Positions 22,344 through 33,416 of a DNA stretch of 64,000 bases are shown in pieces. A model generated the notes under the pieces. That model saw nothing but the letters and a program-made list of their open reading frames with translations, was not told the origin of the DNA and did not search any database. This DNA comes from Alphaproteobacteria bacterium. GTDB lineage: Bacteria > Pseudomonadota > Alphaproteobacteria > MPNO01 > UBA830. A program made the translations under genes and the position numbers. The stretch lies in the NCBI GenBank assembly GCA_964291215.2, contig OZ219791.1, forward strand, positions 2,496,001-2,560,000. Reading direction: 5' to 3'. Every line of letters starts with the position of its first letter. Position 1 is the first letter of the stretch.

Positions 22344-22679
22344 TTAGTGATAGTCGATCACGTCAAGAATTGTGATCGCCGTCACCCGTTCTGCATCGAT
22401 CCCTCCGTCGTCCCTGCGCGGGAACGGCTCGTGATTGGCTTCGAAGACGAGCTGGTGAAGATTGACGAGATTCACGGCAAACTGCTCCTTCCGATCCCCG
22501 GCGAGCTGGTGCCGCCTGTGCGGTGGCGTAGCTGGCACCAATGCCAGACTGGCTGCCGCTCTGAGAACAGCCATCCGTGTCATGATGACCTTGGCCATCC
22601 TCGCTCCATAGGCCCTCCGCAGAGAATCCGCCGCATCGAAGATCTTTTCGAGCTTTTGTGTCCAGAATGCGATATCCAT
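22344..22679 (-). CDS. HigB/RelE-type toxin (killer suppression protein-like)
   Basis: MDIAF..QKLEK, PPHRRHQLAGDRKEQFAVNL, ends ILDVIDYH; upstream of antitoxin. Confidence 0.8.
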   Translation of the reverse strand: MDIAFWTQKLEKIFDAADSLRRAYGARMAKVIMTRMAVLRAAASLALVPATPPHRRHQLAGDRKEQFAVNLVNLHQLVFEANHEPFPRRDDGGIDAERVTAITILDVIDYH

Positions 22680-22690
22680 GGAATCCTATC

Positions 22691-22715
22691 ATTATCGTTA
22701 CTCAACAGGTAACGA
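22691..22715 (-). promoter_or_regulatory. Putative TA promoter -10 and operator
   Basis: TCGTTAC-N7-GTAACGA (22695-22715) overlapping minus-strand GATAAT, immediately upstream of toxin ATG. Confidence 0.55.
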
Positions 22716-23197
22716 AAAATTCGCACCTGTCGACTGGGGGGAGTTAGGTCCTTCCGCTGGTCCTCGTGGGAGCATGGCTCGGGCACGGGTTGGTTTCCAG
22801 CGCCTGCCGGATGCCGTCGTGACCACCTTGCCTTTTGCCGGTAGGCTACAGGTCCTCGGAAAACTCCGGCAGGGGCCAAATTTTCGTCGGACGGACGAAG
22901 CAGCTTCCTGCTACCCTGCCTCCGTGAAGAGGCGTAGTACTTGCTGCGGTTCGGACTTCAATCCGGCAACGAGTGAGTTACGCCACTTCAGCGGACGCTG
23001 TCATCGTTTGCTCTGCAGAAATGATCTCTGCGATCGGCGGGAACGAGGAGAGAGGGGCGACAGGGCGGCCGGATGGCCCGCATGGGGTGTCGGGCCCGAT
23101 GGCCGGCCGTCATGGCGGAGAGCTGTGCGCACCCGGAAGCTGTGCGTGCAAGCCCGGTACCTGGCAGGCCGGAATGCCGGCAGCACTGCGCCGACGA

Positions 23198-24364
23198 TCA
23201 ACCGTTCACGCCGAGAGCGACGACTTCTCCGTCGGCGGTGCGGCCGTGGCGCCGGAAGAATCCCAACGTCTTGAGAGTCGGCTCGTCGCTTGCGATGAAC
23301 AGGATTGCATCCTCGGTGTCCGAGTTATTGACATGCTCGTACCAGACGCCTCCCGGAACGGCCACGGCGTCATAGGGGTGCCAGTCCAGCCTGTCGCCGT
23401 CGATAAGACTGTGTCCCGACCCCTGGAACGGAAAGCACACGAGGCTTGCATTCTGGCACTGTGCCAGCGTACGCTCGCCCGGGCGCAGCAACTGGCCAAA
23501 GAATGTCATCGTCGGATAGACGGGCCGGCCCGACACGGGATCAGTGTATTCCACCATGATCGAATCCCAGGGGCTGCCCTCATGGCCGCGGAACGAATCA
23601 AGCAGCGCGAGCGTGCGCTCCCATCGATAAACATACATCGGTGAATGCTGCCCGCTGCCCCTGGCGTGGCTGACGAAGCGCGGCCTGAGGCCACCGAAGC
23701 CGTAGGTGCGGCTCGAATGGTCGTCGTGGAAGCGCGCGGACTGCTCCCGGCGGGAAACCAGCCTGCCGTCCTCCTCCTCGCGATAGTCATGCTCGAAGCT
23801 CGCGGCGTTCAGCACTTCCGAGAGCGGCAGGTCGAGTACACTGACATTCACCGCGAAATCGTCACCGTGATTGCCGTGGTTGTGCCATGCATCAGCCGGT
23901 GTGAGCACGATGTCGCCGGGACCGAAGGTGATCGGCTCGCCCTCCACTCCGGTGAAGTTCTTCTCGCCGGTCAGGCCGATCCGGACCGCGTTGATTGAAT
24001 GTCGATGTGGCGGCATGACCTCCCTGGGGTCGTTCAGGCGGTAGGCCGTATAGAGCGTTGATACGGTCGCGCGCGCCGGCGCCATTCCCGGATTGACGAG
24101 CACGATGGACCGGCGTTCGGAATCGTCCATCGTGATCAGTTCGGCAGCCTGGTGGAGAAGTGGCTCGATGTCCGCGTATCTCCACACATAGGGAACCGCG
24201 CGGCGGCCCTTCAAGACCTGGCCGTCCTCGTCATGGTCCTCGCGGTGTTTCTCCACTGCCCAGTATGGAGCAAGGTCGAGCGAGTCGAGGTGCTCGTAGA
24301 GGCTGTCAAGCCGCGCCTTGCGGTTGTCCCGTCGATGCGGGAGTTCGGTGGTGGATCCAGACAT
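23198..24364 (-). CDS. Gentisate 1,2-dioxygenase-family bicupin
   Basis: ERRSIVLVNPG, PPHRHSINAVR, TPADAWHNHGN, YTDPVSG. Confidence 0.85.
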   Translation of the reverse strand: MSGSTTELPHRRDNRKARLDSLYEHLDSLDLAPYWAVEKHREDHDEDGQVLKGRRAVPYVWRYADIEPLLHQAAELITMDDSERRSIVLVNPGMAPARATVSTLYTAYRLNDPREVMPPHRHSINAVRIGLTGEKNFTGVEGEPITFGPGDIVLTPADAWHNHGNHGDDFAVNVSVLDLPLSEVLNAASFEHDYREEEDGRLVSRREQSARFHDDHSSRTYGFGGLRPRFVSHARGSGQHSPMYVYRWERTLALLDSFRGHEGSPWDSIMVEYTDPVSGRPVYPTMTFFGQLLRPGERTLAQCQNASLVCFPFQGSGHSLIDGDRLDWHPYDAVAVPGGVWYEHVNNSDTEDAILFIASDEPTLKTLGFFRRHGRTADGEVVALGVNG

Positions 24365-24604
24365 ATCCGACCCTCCGTGAGACCGAGTTCATGTCGCGTG
24401 GGCGATTCAAGAATAGCACTGTCTTGCTGCACACCGAAACCGTCATCGCAACCGGCGGGACGCGGTTCTGGCAGCACGGACCGGTCCCGGCCAGGTATTT
24501 GCGATGCGTTTCGCATCGGCGCTGCCATGGGCTATCATCTACACGCATAAGATCGCCCGCTCCGTGCCGCTTTCGGCAATTCGACACTGCCTGCAGGTGC
24601 CCAG

Positions 24605-25762
24605 ATGGCCACCCAGATCCGCCCCACCCTCGCAGATCCCGAGCTTCCCGCCGGTGTGCTCGCCGAGATGGAACGGCTCAATGACGAGGCTGCGCCGCTC
24701 AACATCTGGCTCAGGACGCAGGCCAACGCGACCATGCATCCGCCGTGGCACCGTCCCGACCTGCCGGAACCGCCCCGCCCCGGCCGCGCCTTGCCGTGCC
24801 TCTGGCGATGGGCGGACTACGAGCCCTACCTGCACCGTATCGCGACGATCGCGCCCCTCGAATTCACGGAGCGCCAACAGTTCCTGCTGACCAACCCGGG
24901 TTTCGGCGGCGCACTCAAGGTGACGAATTCCATCCGGGTCGCGGTCTCGATCTACAAGCCCGGCGATCTCGCGGAAACCCATCGCCACACCCCCAACGCC
25001 AGCCGCACCATCCTGTCCGACGAGGGCGGGTACACCACGGTCGAGGGCGAGCGCTGCATGGCATGCCGCGGCGATCTGATCCTGACCCCGAACGGCACCT
25101 GGCACGGCCACGGCAACGATTCGGACGCTCCCGTCATCTGGATAGACATCCTTGACTGGCCGCTCCTCGAATTTCTCGACGCGATCTGGATCGACCATGA
25201 CTGGAACGCGTCCGGAGACAACAGCGCGCCGCCCGGCGAGACCCTGTCGCGGAGGCTCTATGGCCATGGCGGCATCATTCCGCAGAGCGGCCGTGCGCCG
25301 CGCGGGGACGGCGTCGGCAATTCGCCGATGTTCCGCTATCGTGGTGCCGACATCCGCGCCGCGCTCGATGGCGTGAGGGATCTGGATGGGCCGAAATGGG
25401 ACGCGGTGTCGATCGACTTCACGAATCCCCAGACCGGGGCGGCACCCTTCACGACCCTCGGCTATTCTGCGATGCTGCTGCGCCCCGGCGAGGTCACAGC
25501 CGAGAGCCGGTCGACGGCCGGCACGTTCTTCGCGGTGATCGCCGGCGAGGGCCACACCGAAATCGAGGGCCAGCGGCTGAACTGGCAGGAGAACGACCTG
25601 TTCGTGGTGCCCAACCATGCCTGGCACCGCCACGTCAACGTACGCGCCGACGGCGATGCCGTGCTTTATGCGGTGTCCGACCGGCCACTGCTCGAGAACA
25701 TCGGCCATTACAAGCGTCAGGCGCGGGACGCACAGGGCAGGGTGGTCTCGGTCGAGGCCTGA
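24605..25762 (+). CDS. Gentisate 1,2-dioxygenase-family bicupin, paralog of 8317-9495
   Basis: ERQQFLLTNPGFG, SIYKPGD, HRHTPNASRT, TPNGTWHGHGN. Confidence 0.85.
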   Translation: MATQIRPTLADPELPAGVLAEMERLNDEAAPLNIWLRTQANATMHPPWHRPDLPEPPRPGRALPCLWRWADYEPYLHRIATIAPLEFTERQQFLLTNPGFGGALKVTNSIRVAVSIYKPGDLAETHRHTPNASRTILSDEGGYTTVEGERCMACRGDLILTPNGTWHGHGNDSDAPVIWIDILDWPLLEFLDAIWIDHDWNASGDNSAPPGETLSRRLYGHGGIIPQSGRAPRGDGVGNSPMFRYRGADIRAALDGVRDLDGPKWDAVSIDFTNPQTGAAPFTTLGYSAMLLRPGEVTAESRSTAGTFFAVIAGEGHTEIEGQRLNWQENDLFVVPNHAWHRHVNVRADGDAVLYAVSDRPLLENIGHYKRQARDAQGRVVSVEA

Positions 25763-25784
25763 TCAGGGAGAATGCGGAGACTCC

Positions 25785-26447
25785 ATGTTTTACGAACCGG
25801 ACAAGAACGATCACGGACTTCCCTACAACCCCGTCAAGGCGTGCGTGGTGCCGCGGCCCATAGGCTGGATCACCACGATCGATTCCGGTGGCAGGATCAA
25901 TGCTGCGCCCTTCAGCTTCTTCAACGCCGTGAGCTACAATCCGCCCTTCGTCCTGTTCTCGAGCGGCGGCCATCCCGAGGACGAGGAGGCCAAGGACACT
26001 GTCGTCAACATCGCCGAGACCGGCGAGTTCGTCTACAACATGGCGACTTGGAACCAGCGCGAGCAGATGAGCCACACGGCGCTGATCACCGAACGCAACG
26101 TCGACGAGATGGCCGAGAGCGGCCTCGAGGCGATCGCCTCCAACCTCGTCGCGCCGCCGCGGATCAAGGGCTCCCCGGTGCATTTCGAGTGCGTTCATCA
26201 CCAGACCGTGGAACTTCCCGGCCATAACAAGGTTTCCGCCCATCACGTCGTCTTCGGCCGCGTCGTCGGCGTGCACATCGCCGATGAGGTCATCAGCGAG
26301 GACGGCATTCTCGACATCGCCGGGATCCGGCCCATCGCCCGCCTTGGCTACAAGGACTACGCGTGGATCGATTCGACGAACATGTTCACCATGGACAAGC
26401 GGACGCCCGAGGAGCTCATCGGCCCCGCCCGGCAGGCCGCCGAGTGA
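25785..26447 (+). CDS. Flavin reductase-family (FMN-binding split barrel) protein
   Basis: [42 protein letters not shown]. Confidence 0.88.
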   Translation: MFYEPDKNDHGLPYNPVKACVVPRPIGWITTIDSGGRINAAPFSFFNAVSYNPPFVLFSSGGHPEDEEAKDTVVNIAETGEFVYNMATWNQREQMSHTALITERNVDEMAESGLEAIASNLVAPPRIKGSPVHFECVHHQTVELPGHNKVSAHHVVFGRVVGVHIADEVISEDGILDIAGIRPIARLGYKDYAWIDSTNMFTMDKRTPEELIGPARQAAE

Positions 26448-26457
26448 TCCGCTGGTG

Positions 26458-27468
26458 ATGGCAGGCCTCTCGTTTCCGGCTCGGGATCACGGTCTCCGTT
26501 CCGGAACGGACGGGGCCCGGGCGTCGTGGCGCCGGCGCCACATCCTCGGCATGGATGGTGTGTCGCGCGAGGAGATCGAGCAGGTGCTCGACCTCGCCGA
26601 GTCCCACATCGGAGACCGCGGCGGGGAGCGCGGGCCGCAGGTACTGCGCGGCCGCACGCTGATGAACGTCTTTTTCGAGGACTCGACCCGCACCCGGACA
26701 TCTTTCGAGCTGGCGGGCAAGCGGCTCGGCGCCGACGTCATCAACATGGCGGTCGGGACCAGCGCCATCAAGAAGGGTGAGACGCTTCTCGACACCGCGA
26801 TGACCCTCAACGCGATGCGCCCCGATGTGCTGGTGGTGCGGCACAACGAGTCCGGGGCGGTACAGCTTCTGAGCGAGAAGGTCGACTGCGCGGTGATCAA
26901 TGCCGGAGACGGAAGCCACGAGCATCCGACCCAGGCGCTGCTCGACGCCTTGACCATCCGCCGCCGTCGGGGCCCCCTCGACCGGCTCGCCGTCGCCATC
27001 TGCGGTGACATCCTGCACTCGCGGGTGGCGCGCTCAAACATCTTCCTTCTCAAAACGATGGGAGCGGAGGTGCGCCTCGTCGCCCCCAAGACGCTGCTGC
27101 CGCCCGACATCGAACGGTTCGGCGCGGCCGTCCATCACGACATGCGCAGCGGCCTCCGGGATGTCGACATCATCATGATGCTGCGCCTGCAGGTGGAACG
27201 CATGCAGGGCTCCTTCGTGCCGTCGACACGCGAATACTTCCAGTTCTACGGGCTCGACCGGGACAAGCTGCTGCATGCCAGGCCGGAAGCGTTGATCATG
27301 CATCCCGGGCCGATGAACCGCGGCATCGAGATCGCGTCCGAGCTTGCGGACGACATCAACAGGAGTGTGATCCGCGAGCAGGTCGAGGTCGGCGTGGCGG
27401 TGCGCATGGCGTGTCTCGAACTGGTGACGGGAGGCCTGTCCGGCATCGGCGGGACGGCGGCGGAGTGA
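26458..27468 (+). CDS. pyrB: Aspartate carbamoyltransferase catalytic subunit
   Basis: [50 protein letters not shown]. Confidence 0.97.
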   Translation: MAGLSFPARDHGLRSGTDGARASWRRRHILGMDGVSREEIEQVLDLAESHIGDRGGERGPQVLRGRTLMNVFFEDSTRTRTSFELAGKRLGADVINMAVGTSAIKKGETLLDTAMTLNAMRPDVLVVRHNESGAVQLLSEKVDCAVINAGDGSHEHPTQALLDALTIRRRRGPLDRLAVAICGDILHSRVARSNIFLLKTMGAEVRLVAPKTLLPPDIERFGAAVHHDMRSGLRDVDIIMMLRLQVERMQGSFVPSTREYFQFYGLDRDKLLHARPEALIMHPGPMNRGIEIASELADDINRSVIREQVEVGVAVRMACLELVTGGLSGIGGTAAE

Positions 27469-28796
27469 ACGCGGCCGCTCAGGAACGCACGGCCTATGTC
27501 AATGCGCGGCTGATCGATCCCGCGCGTGGCCTCGATGTCGCGGGCGGTGTGCTGGTTCAGGGCGGCAGGATTCTCGATGCGGGCGCGGATCTCTTCGGCG
27601 CCGGGGTGCCTTCGGGCGTGAAGACCGTCGACTGCGGCGGACACTGTCTGGCGCCGGGGCTCATCGACATCCGGGTCCATCTGCCGCAGCCGGCAGGGGT
27701 GCACCGCGACACGCTTGCGACCGCCGGCGCCGCGGCCGCGGCGAGCGGAATCACCTCAATGGTCTGCCTTCCCGACACCGATCCGCCGGTCGACAACCTC
27801 GCGGTCGCCGACTCGATCGCGCGCCGCGCCCGAGATGCCGGGTCCGTGAAGGTGTACAGCTACGGTACGGTAACGAGGAAACGCGGCGGCGCAGAACTCA
27901 CCGAGTTCGGAACATTGAAGGATGCCGGAGTGCTGGCCTTCACCGACGGCGACCGCGCCGTCGCCGACGCCCGCGTCATGCGCCGCGCGCTTTCCTACGC
28001 CGCGACCTTCGACGCCCTGATCGTCCAGCACCCCGAGGATCCGGACCTCGCGCTCGGCGGTTGCATGAACGAAGGCGTGGTGGCGACGCGCCTCGGGCTT
28101 GCCGGGATCCCTGCGGCGGCCGAGATCATCGTCATCGAGCGTGACCTGCGGCTCGTCGAACTGACCGGCGCCCGCTACCATGTCGCGCATGTCTCGACTG
28201 CAGAGGCGGTGAACGCGATCCGGACCGCGAGGGACCGCGGCATTCCCGTGACCTGCGATACCGCTCCGCATTATTTCATGCTGAACGACGACGCGGTGAT
28301 GGATTACCGCACCTTTGCCAAGGTCTCGCCGCCGCTGCGCGGCGACGCGGACCGGAAGGCGGTCATCGACGGGCTGTGCGACGGCACCATAGACGTCATT
28401 GCGTCTGATCACCGGCCCCATAACGAGGACGCCAAGCGTCAGCCTTTCCCGCTGGCGGCCGACGGTGTCGTCGGGATCGAAACCATGCTGCCGCTCGCCC
28501 TGGAACTCGGGCGCGAGGCCGGAATCCCGCTTGCCGACCTGCTCGGCCGAATGACGGCGGCGCCGGCGCACCTGATGGGGCTTGAACAGGGCCAGCTGGT
28601 ACCGGGCCGGCCCGCCGACTTCTTCGTGTTCGATGCCGACGCCGTTTGGCGCATTGATGTCGACAGCCTGCGGACGGCGTCGAGGAACTCGCCGTTCGAC
28701 GGATTCGCGGCGCGCGGTCGGGTGCTGCTGACGGTCGTCGACGGTCGCGCCGTCCACGAGACCCCGCGTGAAAACGCCAGGCTGTCGGCGCGATGA
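27465..28796 (+). CDS. pyrC: Dihydroorotase / PyrC-like protein
   Basis: [28 protein letters not shown]; follows pyrB with GTGA overlap; first metal motif reads DIRVH. Confidence 0.88.
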   Translation: MNAAAQERTAYVNARLIDPARGLDVAGGVLVQGGRILDAGADLFGAGVPSGVKTVDCGGHCLAPGLIDIRVHLPQPAGVHRDTLATAGAAAAASGITSMVCLPDTDPPVDNLAVADSIARRARDAGSVKVYSYGTVTRKRGGAELTEFGTLKDAGVLAFTDGDRAVADARVMRRALSYAATFDALIVQHPEDPDLALGGCMNEGVVATRLGLAGIPAAAEIIVIERDLRLVELTGARYHVAHVSTAEAVNAIRTARDRGIPVTCDTAPHYFMLNDDAVMDYRTFAKVSPPLRGDADRKAVIDGLCDGTIDVIASDHRPHNEDAKRQPFPLAADGVVGIETMLPLALELGREAGIPLADLLGRMTAAPAHLMGLEQGQLVPGRPADFFVFDADAVWRIDVDSLRTASRNSPFDGFAARGRVLLTVVDGRAVHETPRENARLSAR

Positions 28797-29428
28797 TCGA
28801 CCCAATCAGCTGGGCCTTCAGCTGGCCATGGATACTCGGGGCTTTCGTCTTCGGCTACGCGCTCGGCTCAATACCGTTCGGCCTGATCCTGACGCGCCTT
28901 GCCGGCGCCGGCGACATCCGTTCGATTGGCTCGGGAAACATCGGCGCCACCAATGTGCTGAGGACCGGAAGCCGCAGCCTCGCTGCGCTCACCCTACTTC
29001 TCGACGCCGGAAAGGGCGCGGGCGCGGTGCTTGCGGCGGCGATATACGGGCCTGATATCGCTATCGTCGCGGCCGCCGGCGCATTTCTCGGACACCTGTT
29101 CCCGGTATGGCTCGGGTTCCGCGGCGGCAAGGGTGTCGCCGTGGCGCTCGGCATCGCGCTTGCGCTTGCGCCTCTCGTTGGCGTGCTGTGCTGCGCCGTG
29201 TGGCTGCTGGTCGCGGCGGTGTGCCGCTATTCGTCGCTGGCTGCGTTGGCAACATTCGCGGCAGCGCCGCTGTTCATGTGGTGGCTGGCCGATCCGCAGC
29301 GCGCTGAGTTTTCGCTGGCCGTCGCGGTGCTGGTCTGGCTTCGCCACTGGCGCAATATCGGACGCCTTCTGACCGGGACCGAATCGCGGATCATCCTTGA
29401 GCGCCAGAGGTCTGCCGGAGACGGCTGA
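28793..29428 (+). CDS. plsY: Glycerol-3-phosphate acyltransferase
   Basis: GSIPFG, GSGNIGATNVLR, FRGGKGVA, RHWRNIGRL. Confidence 0.96.
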   Translation: MIDPISWAFSWPWILGAFVFGYALGSIPFGLILTRLAGAGDIRSIGSGNIGATNVLRTGSRSLAALTLLLDAGKGAGAVLAAAIYGPDIAIVAAAGAFLGHLFPVWLGFRGGKGVAVALGIALALAPLVGVLCCAVWLLVAAVCRYSSLAALATFAAAPLFMWWLADPQRAEFSLAVAVLVWLRHWRNIGRLLTGTESRIILERQRSAGDG

Positions 29429-29560
29429 CGCCGTGCTTGCAGCGGCGCATGGCGCTGCCTAGAGTGACGCCATGCTGGGAGCGGACTGCCGGATGTTCGC
29501 GTGCTTCTGCACTCTCCGGCAACCGAAGAAGGCCGTGGACACGTCCATGCAGCACGACAT

Positions 29561-31615
29561 ATGCCCCAAGAGACGCCTGTCGATCTCCGGCCGCCCGGTG
29601 CGCCTCCTGAAGTCATGACGATGTCGGCTCCCGAGCCGGTGGACGGCATCCATCGCGCCGAACTCCTGTGCGATGTCGATCCGCAGCATGACACCTTCCC
29701 GAAACTGCTCGGCCGCAATGCCGATCTGCGTGGCATGCGCCCGGCGATGCGTTTCAAGAATTACGGCATCTGGCAGACCTGGAGCTGGGCCGAGGTTGGA
29801 TCCGAGGTACGAGCGCTCGCCTGCGGCCTGGCCGGGCTCGGCGTCGGACGCGGCGACCGGGTGGCGATCATTGGCGACAACCGGCCGCGTCTCTATTGGA
29901 CGGTCGCAGCGGCACAGTCCCTCGGCGCCGTGCCGGTGCCGGTCTACCAGGATTCGGTTGCCGACGAGATTGCCTATGTGCTTGAGCACGCCGGCGCCCG
30001 CTTCGCGGTCGTCGAGGACCAGGAACAGGTCGACAAGCTGCTCGGCGTTGCCGCCGGCGGGCCCGAAATTGTGGCTGTGCTCTATGACGAGCCGCGCGGG
30101 CTCCGCGACTATGACATGGCGGCGCTTCATGATGTCGACGACGTGATCGCCGCCGGCCGCGAGCGCGACACCGCTGATCCTGCCTGGCTTGACGGCGAGA
30201 TTGCAGCCGGAGGCGCCGACGACATCGCGGTTCTTCTGTACACGTCGGGCACCACCGGGCGGCCGAAGGGCGTCATCCTGAGCCATCGCAACATCTACGT
30301 GACGGCGATGAACGCGGCGTTGCGCGAGGGCCTCGACGAGACCGGCGAGACCCTCGCCTACCTGCCGATGGCCTGGATCGGCGACCACATATTCTCCTAC
30401 GCTCAGGCCTATGCGGTGGGATTCTGCGTGTCCTGCCCGGAATCCGCCGACACCGTGCTCAACGACCTCCGCGAGCTCGGTCCAACCTACTTCTTCGCGC
30501 CGCCACGCATCTTCGAGAACATCCTGACCACGGTGACGATCCGCATGGACGATGCCGGCGCCGCCAAGCGCGCCCTCTTCAACTACTTCATGGGGGTGGC
30601 GCGCCGCGTCGGCCGGCCGCTGATCGACGGCGAGCCGGTCGGGTTCGGCGGGCGGTTTCTCTACCGGCTTGGCGAGTTCTTGGTCTACGGACCGCTCAAG
30701 AACGCGCTCGGGCTCAGCCGCGTCGATGTCGGCTACACCGCCGGCGAAGCGATCGGGCCCGACATCTTCGACTTCTACCGCTCGCTCGGCATCAACCTCA
30801 AACAGCTCTATGGTTCGACCGAGGCGTCGGTGTTCATCACCATCCAGCCGAACGGCGAAATCAAGGCCGACACGGTCGGCAGGCCGGCGCCGGGGGTCGA
30901 GCTCAGGCTGTCGGAGAACGGCGAGGTGCTGTTCCGGTCACCCGGGGTGTTCGTCGAGTACTACCGCAATCCCGATGCCACTGCGGAGACCAAGACCGCC
31001 GATGGCTGGGTACGCACCGGCGACGCCGGAATCTTCGACCCTGACGGCCATCTGAAAATCATCGACCGGGCAAAGGATGTCGGGCGCCTTAACGACGGAA
31101 CGCTGTTCGCCCCGAAATACATCGAGAACAAGCTCAAGTTCTTCCCCAACATCAAGGAGGTGGTCGCGTTCGGCCATGAGCGTGACATGGTCTGCGTCTT
31201 CGTCAACATCGACCTTGAGGCCGTCGGCAGCTGGGCCGAACGCAATGCGGTCGGCTATTCGAGCTATCAGGAGCTCGCCGCGTTCGATGCCGTCTACGAC
31301 CTGCTCGGCGCCCATGTCGAGCAGGTCAACGCCGATCTCGCCGCCGATCCCCAACTTGCCGGCTCGCAAATCCGGCGCTTCCTGGTGCTGCACAAGGAGC
31401 TCGACGCCGATGACGGCGAGCTGACCCGCACACGCAAGGTGCGTCGCCGCCATGTCTCGGAAAAATACCACGACCTCATCGACGCCCTCTACAGCGGTGC
31501 CAAAGCCTGCGCCACGACGACCGAGATCACCTACGAGGACGGCCGCAAGGGGAGCATCACCGCGGAGGTGAAGATCCGCGACATCGAGCCGACGCTCGCC
31601 GCGGCGGCGGAGTAG
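29561..31615 (+). CDS. Long-chain acyl-CoA synthetase-like AMP-binding enzyme (start uncertain: 29501/29561/29615)
   Basis: YTSGTTGRPKG, QLYGSTE, RTGDAG, ELTRTRKVRR. Confidence 0.9.
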   Translation: MPQETPVDLRPPGAPPEVMTMSAPEPVDGIHRAELLCDVDPQHDTFPKLLGRNADLRGMRPAMRFKNYGIWQTWSWAEVGSEVRALACGLAGLGVGRGDRVAIIGDNRPRLYWTVAAAQSLGAVPVPVYQDSVADEIAYVLEHAGARFAVVEDQEQVDKLLGVAAGGPEIVAVLYDEPRGLRDYDMAALHDVDDVIAAGRERDTADPAWLDGEIAAGGADDIAVLLYTSGTTGRPKGVILSHRNIYVTAMNAALREGLDETGETLAYLPMAWIGDHIFSYAQAYAVGFCVSCPESADTVLNDLRELGPTYFFAPPRIFENILTTVTIRMDDAGAAKRALFNYFMGVARRVGRPLIDGEPVGFGGRFLYRLGEFLVYGPLKNALGLSRVDVGYTAGEAIGPDIFDFYRSLGINLKQLYGSTEASVFITIQPNGEIKADTVGRPAPGVELRLSENGEVLFRSPGVFVEYYRNPDATAETKTADGWVRTGDAGIFDPDGHLKIIDRAKDVGRLNDGTLFAPKYIENKLKFFPNIKEVVAFGHERDMVCVFVNIDLEAVGSWAERNAVGYSSYQELAAFDAVYDLLGAHVEQVNADLAADPQLAGSQIRRFLVLHKELDADDGELTRTRKVRRRHVSEKYHDLIDALYSGAKACATTTEITYEDGRKGSITAEVKIRDIEPTLAAAAE

Positions 31616-31621
31616 CCGGCG

Positions 31622-32431
31622 GTGGCGGCGGCCGGCGCGGTGGAGGACCGCAGGACCAGCGGAGAGCCGATCCTGACGGTCGAGCGGGTGACGCTGCGGT
31701 TCCGCGGTGTCACGGCGATCGATGCCGTGTCTTTCGACATCCGCGAGGGCGAGATCCGGGCGATCATCGGGCCCAACGGCGCCGGCAAGTCGTCGATGCT
31801 CAACTGCATCAACGGCTTCTACCATCCCCAGGAAGGCGCCATCACCTACAAGGGTGTGGCACGGCACAGCATGAAGCCGTACAATGCGGCGAACAGCGGC
31901 ATCGCGCGGACTTTCCAGAACATCGCGCTGTTCCGCGGCATGTCGACGCTTGACAATCTCATGGCCGGGCGCTCGTTGCGCATGACGGCGTCGTTTTTCT
32001 GGCAGATGTTCCATGTCGGCCCGGCGCGGCGCGAGGAGCTTGCCCATCGCGCCCGTGTCGAGGAGATCATCGACTTTCTGGAGATCGAGGCGATCCGCAA
32101 GACCCCGGTGGGGCGCCTGCCCTACGGTCTGCAGAAACGCGTCGAGCTCGGCCGTGCGCTGGCGATGGAACCCGACCTGTTGCTGCTCGATGAGCCGATG
32201 GCAGGCATGAACGTCGAGGAGAAGGAGGACATGAGCCGCTTCATCATCGACGTGAACGAACAGTTCGGAACCACGATCGCGCTCATTGAGCATGACATGG
32301 GTGTCGTCATGGACCTCTCGGATCGCGTTGTCGTGCTCGATTACGGCCGCAAGATCGCGGACGGAACGCCGGCCGAGATACAGGGGGACCGCAAGGTGAT
32401 AGACGCCTATCTCGGCGTGCCGCAGAGCTAG
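31622..32431 (+). CDS. ABC transporter ATPase (LivG-like)
   Basis: GPNGAGKS, ARTFQN, LLLLDEP, IEHDM. Confidence 0.93.
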   Translation: MAAAGAVEDRRTSGEPILTVERVTLRFRGVTAIDAVSFDIREGEIRAIIGPNGAGKSSMLNCINGFYHPQEGAITYKGVARHSMKPYNAANSGIARTFQNIALFRGMSTLDNLMAGRSLRMTASFFWQMFHVGPARREELAHRARVEEIIDFLEIEAIRKTPVGRLPYGLQKRVELGRALAMEPDLLLLDEPMAGMNVEEKEDMSRFIIDVNEQFGTTIALIEHDMGVVMDLSDRVVVLDYGRKIADGTPAEIQGDRKVIDAYLGVPQS

Positions 32432-32435
32432 GGAG

Positions 32436-33404
32436 TTGGACGCGATGGAACTGGTGCAGCAGATCTTCGTGGTGCCGTTCGCCTTCATGGTCGAGGATCC
32501 GGCCTTCCTTCTGCAGACACTGTGGGAGGGGCTGGTCTCCGGGGTGCTCTATGCGCTGATTGCGCTCGGATTCGTCCTGATCTTCCGCTCCTCGCAGATC
32601 TTCAACTTCGCCCAGGGCATCATGGTGGTATTCGCCGGCCTGTCACTGGTCGGGTTGCACGAGGCCGGGATGCCGGCGTCTGTCGCCTTTGCCGGCACGC
32701 TGGTGATCATGTTCGCGCTCGCTGCCGCAATCGAGCGGGTGGTGCTGCGGCCGCTGGTCAACCAGCCGGCGATCATCCTGTTCATGGCCACCTTCGGCCT
32801 GACTTTCGTGCTCATCGGCTCGGGGCAGCTCATCTTCGGCGGCGAAAACAAGGTCATGATCACCGAACAGCTCGGCATACCCACCGGCAGCTGGGAGATC
32901 GAGCCGTTTGGCGGTTTCGTGCTCATCGAGCAGAAGGATTTCGTGGCCGTGGCCAGCGCCCTGGTCCTTGTCGCCGCGCTCGTCGTCTTTCTCAACCGGA
33001 CCCGCATGGGCCGTGCCATCCGCGCGCTCGGAGACGACCACCAGGCGGCGCTGTCGGTCGGCATCTCGCTGTCGCAGATCTGGGTCATCGTCTGGTTCAT
33101 CGCCGGCATCATCGCCCTCGTGACCGGCATCGTGTGGGGTGCGCGCGCCGGGGTTTCGTTTGCGCTCGAGATCATCGCCTTCAAGGCGTTGCCGGTGCTG
33201 CTCCTCGGCGGGCTCGAATCGGTGACGGGCGCGATCGTCGGCGGCATTGCCATCGGACTCCTCGAGAAGCTGTTCGAGATCTACTGGGGCCAGCCGCTGC
33301 TTGGCGGCTCGACCGAGACGTGGTTCGCCTATGTCTTCGCGCTGATCGTGCTGGTGTTCCGGCCGCAGGGACTGTTCGGCGAGAAGATCATCGAGCGCGT
33401 ATAG
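32436..33404 (+). CDS. ABC transporter permease (LivH-like)
   Basis: YALIALGFVLIF, FNFAQG, RPQGLFG; hydrophobic. Confidence 0.92.
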   Translation: MDAMELVQQIFVVPFAFMVEDPAFLLQTLWEGLVSGVLYALIALGFVLIFRSSQIFNFAQGIMVVFAGLSLVGLHEAGMPASVAFAGTLVIMFALAAAIERVVLRPLVNQPAIILFMATFGLTFVLIGSGQLIFGGENKVMITEQLGIPTGSWEIEPFGGFVLIEQKDFVAVASALVLVAALVVFLNRTRMGRAIRALGDDHQAALSVGISLSQIWVIVWFIAGIIALVTGIVWGARAGVSFALEIIAFKALPVLLLGGLESVTGAIVGGIAIGLLEKLFEIYWGQPLLGGSTETWFAYVFALIVLVFRPQGLFGEKIIERV

Positions 33405-33416
33405 GAGCCTGGATCC

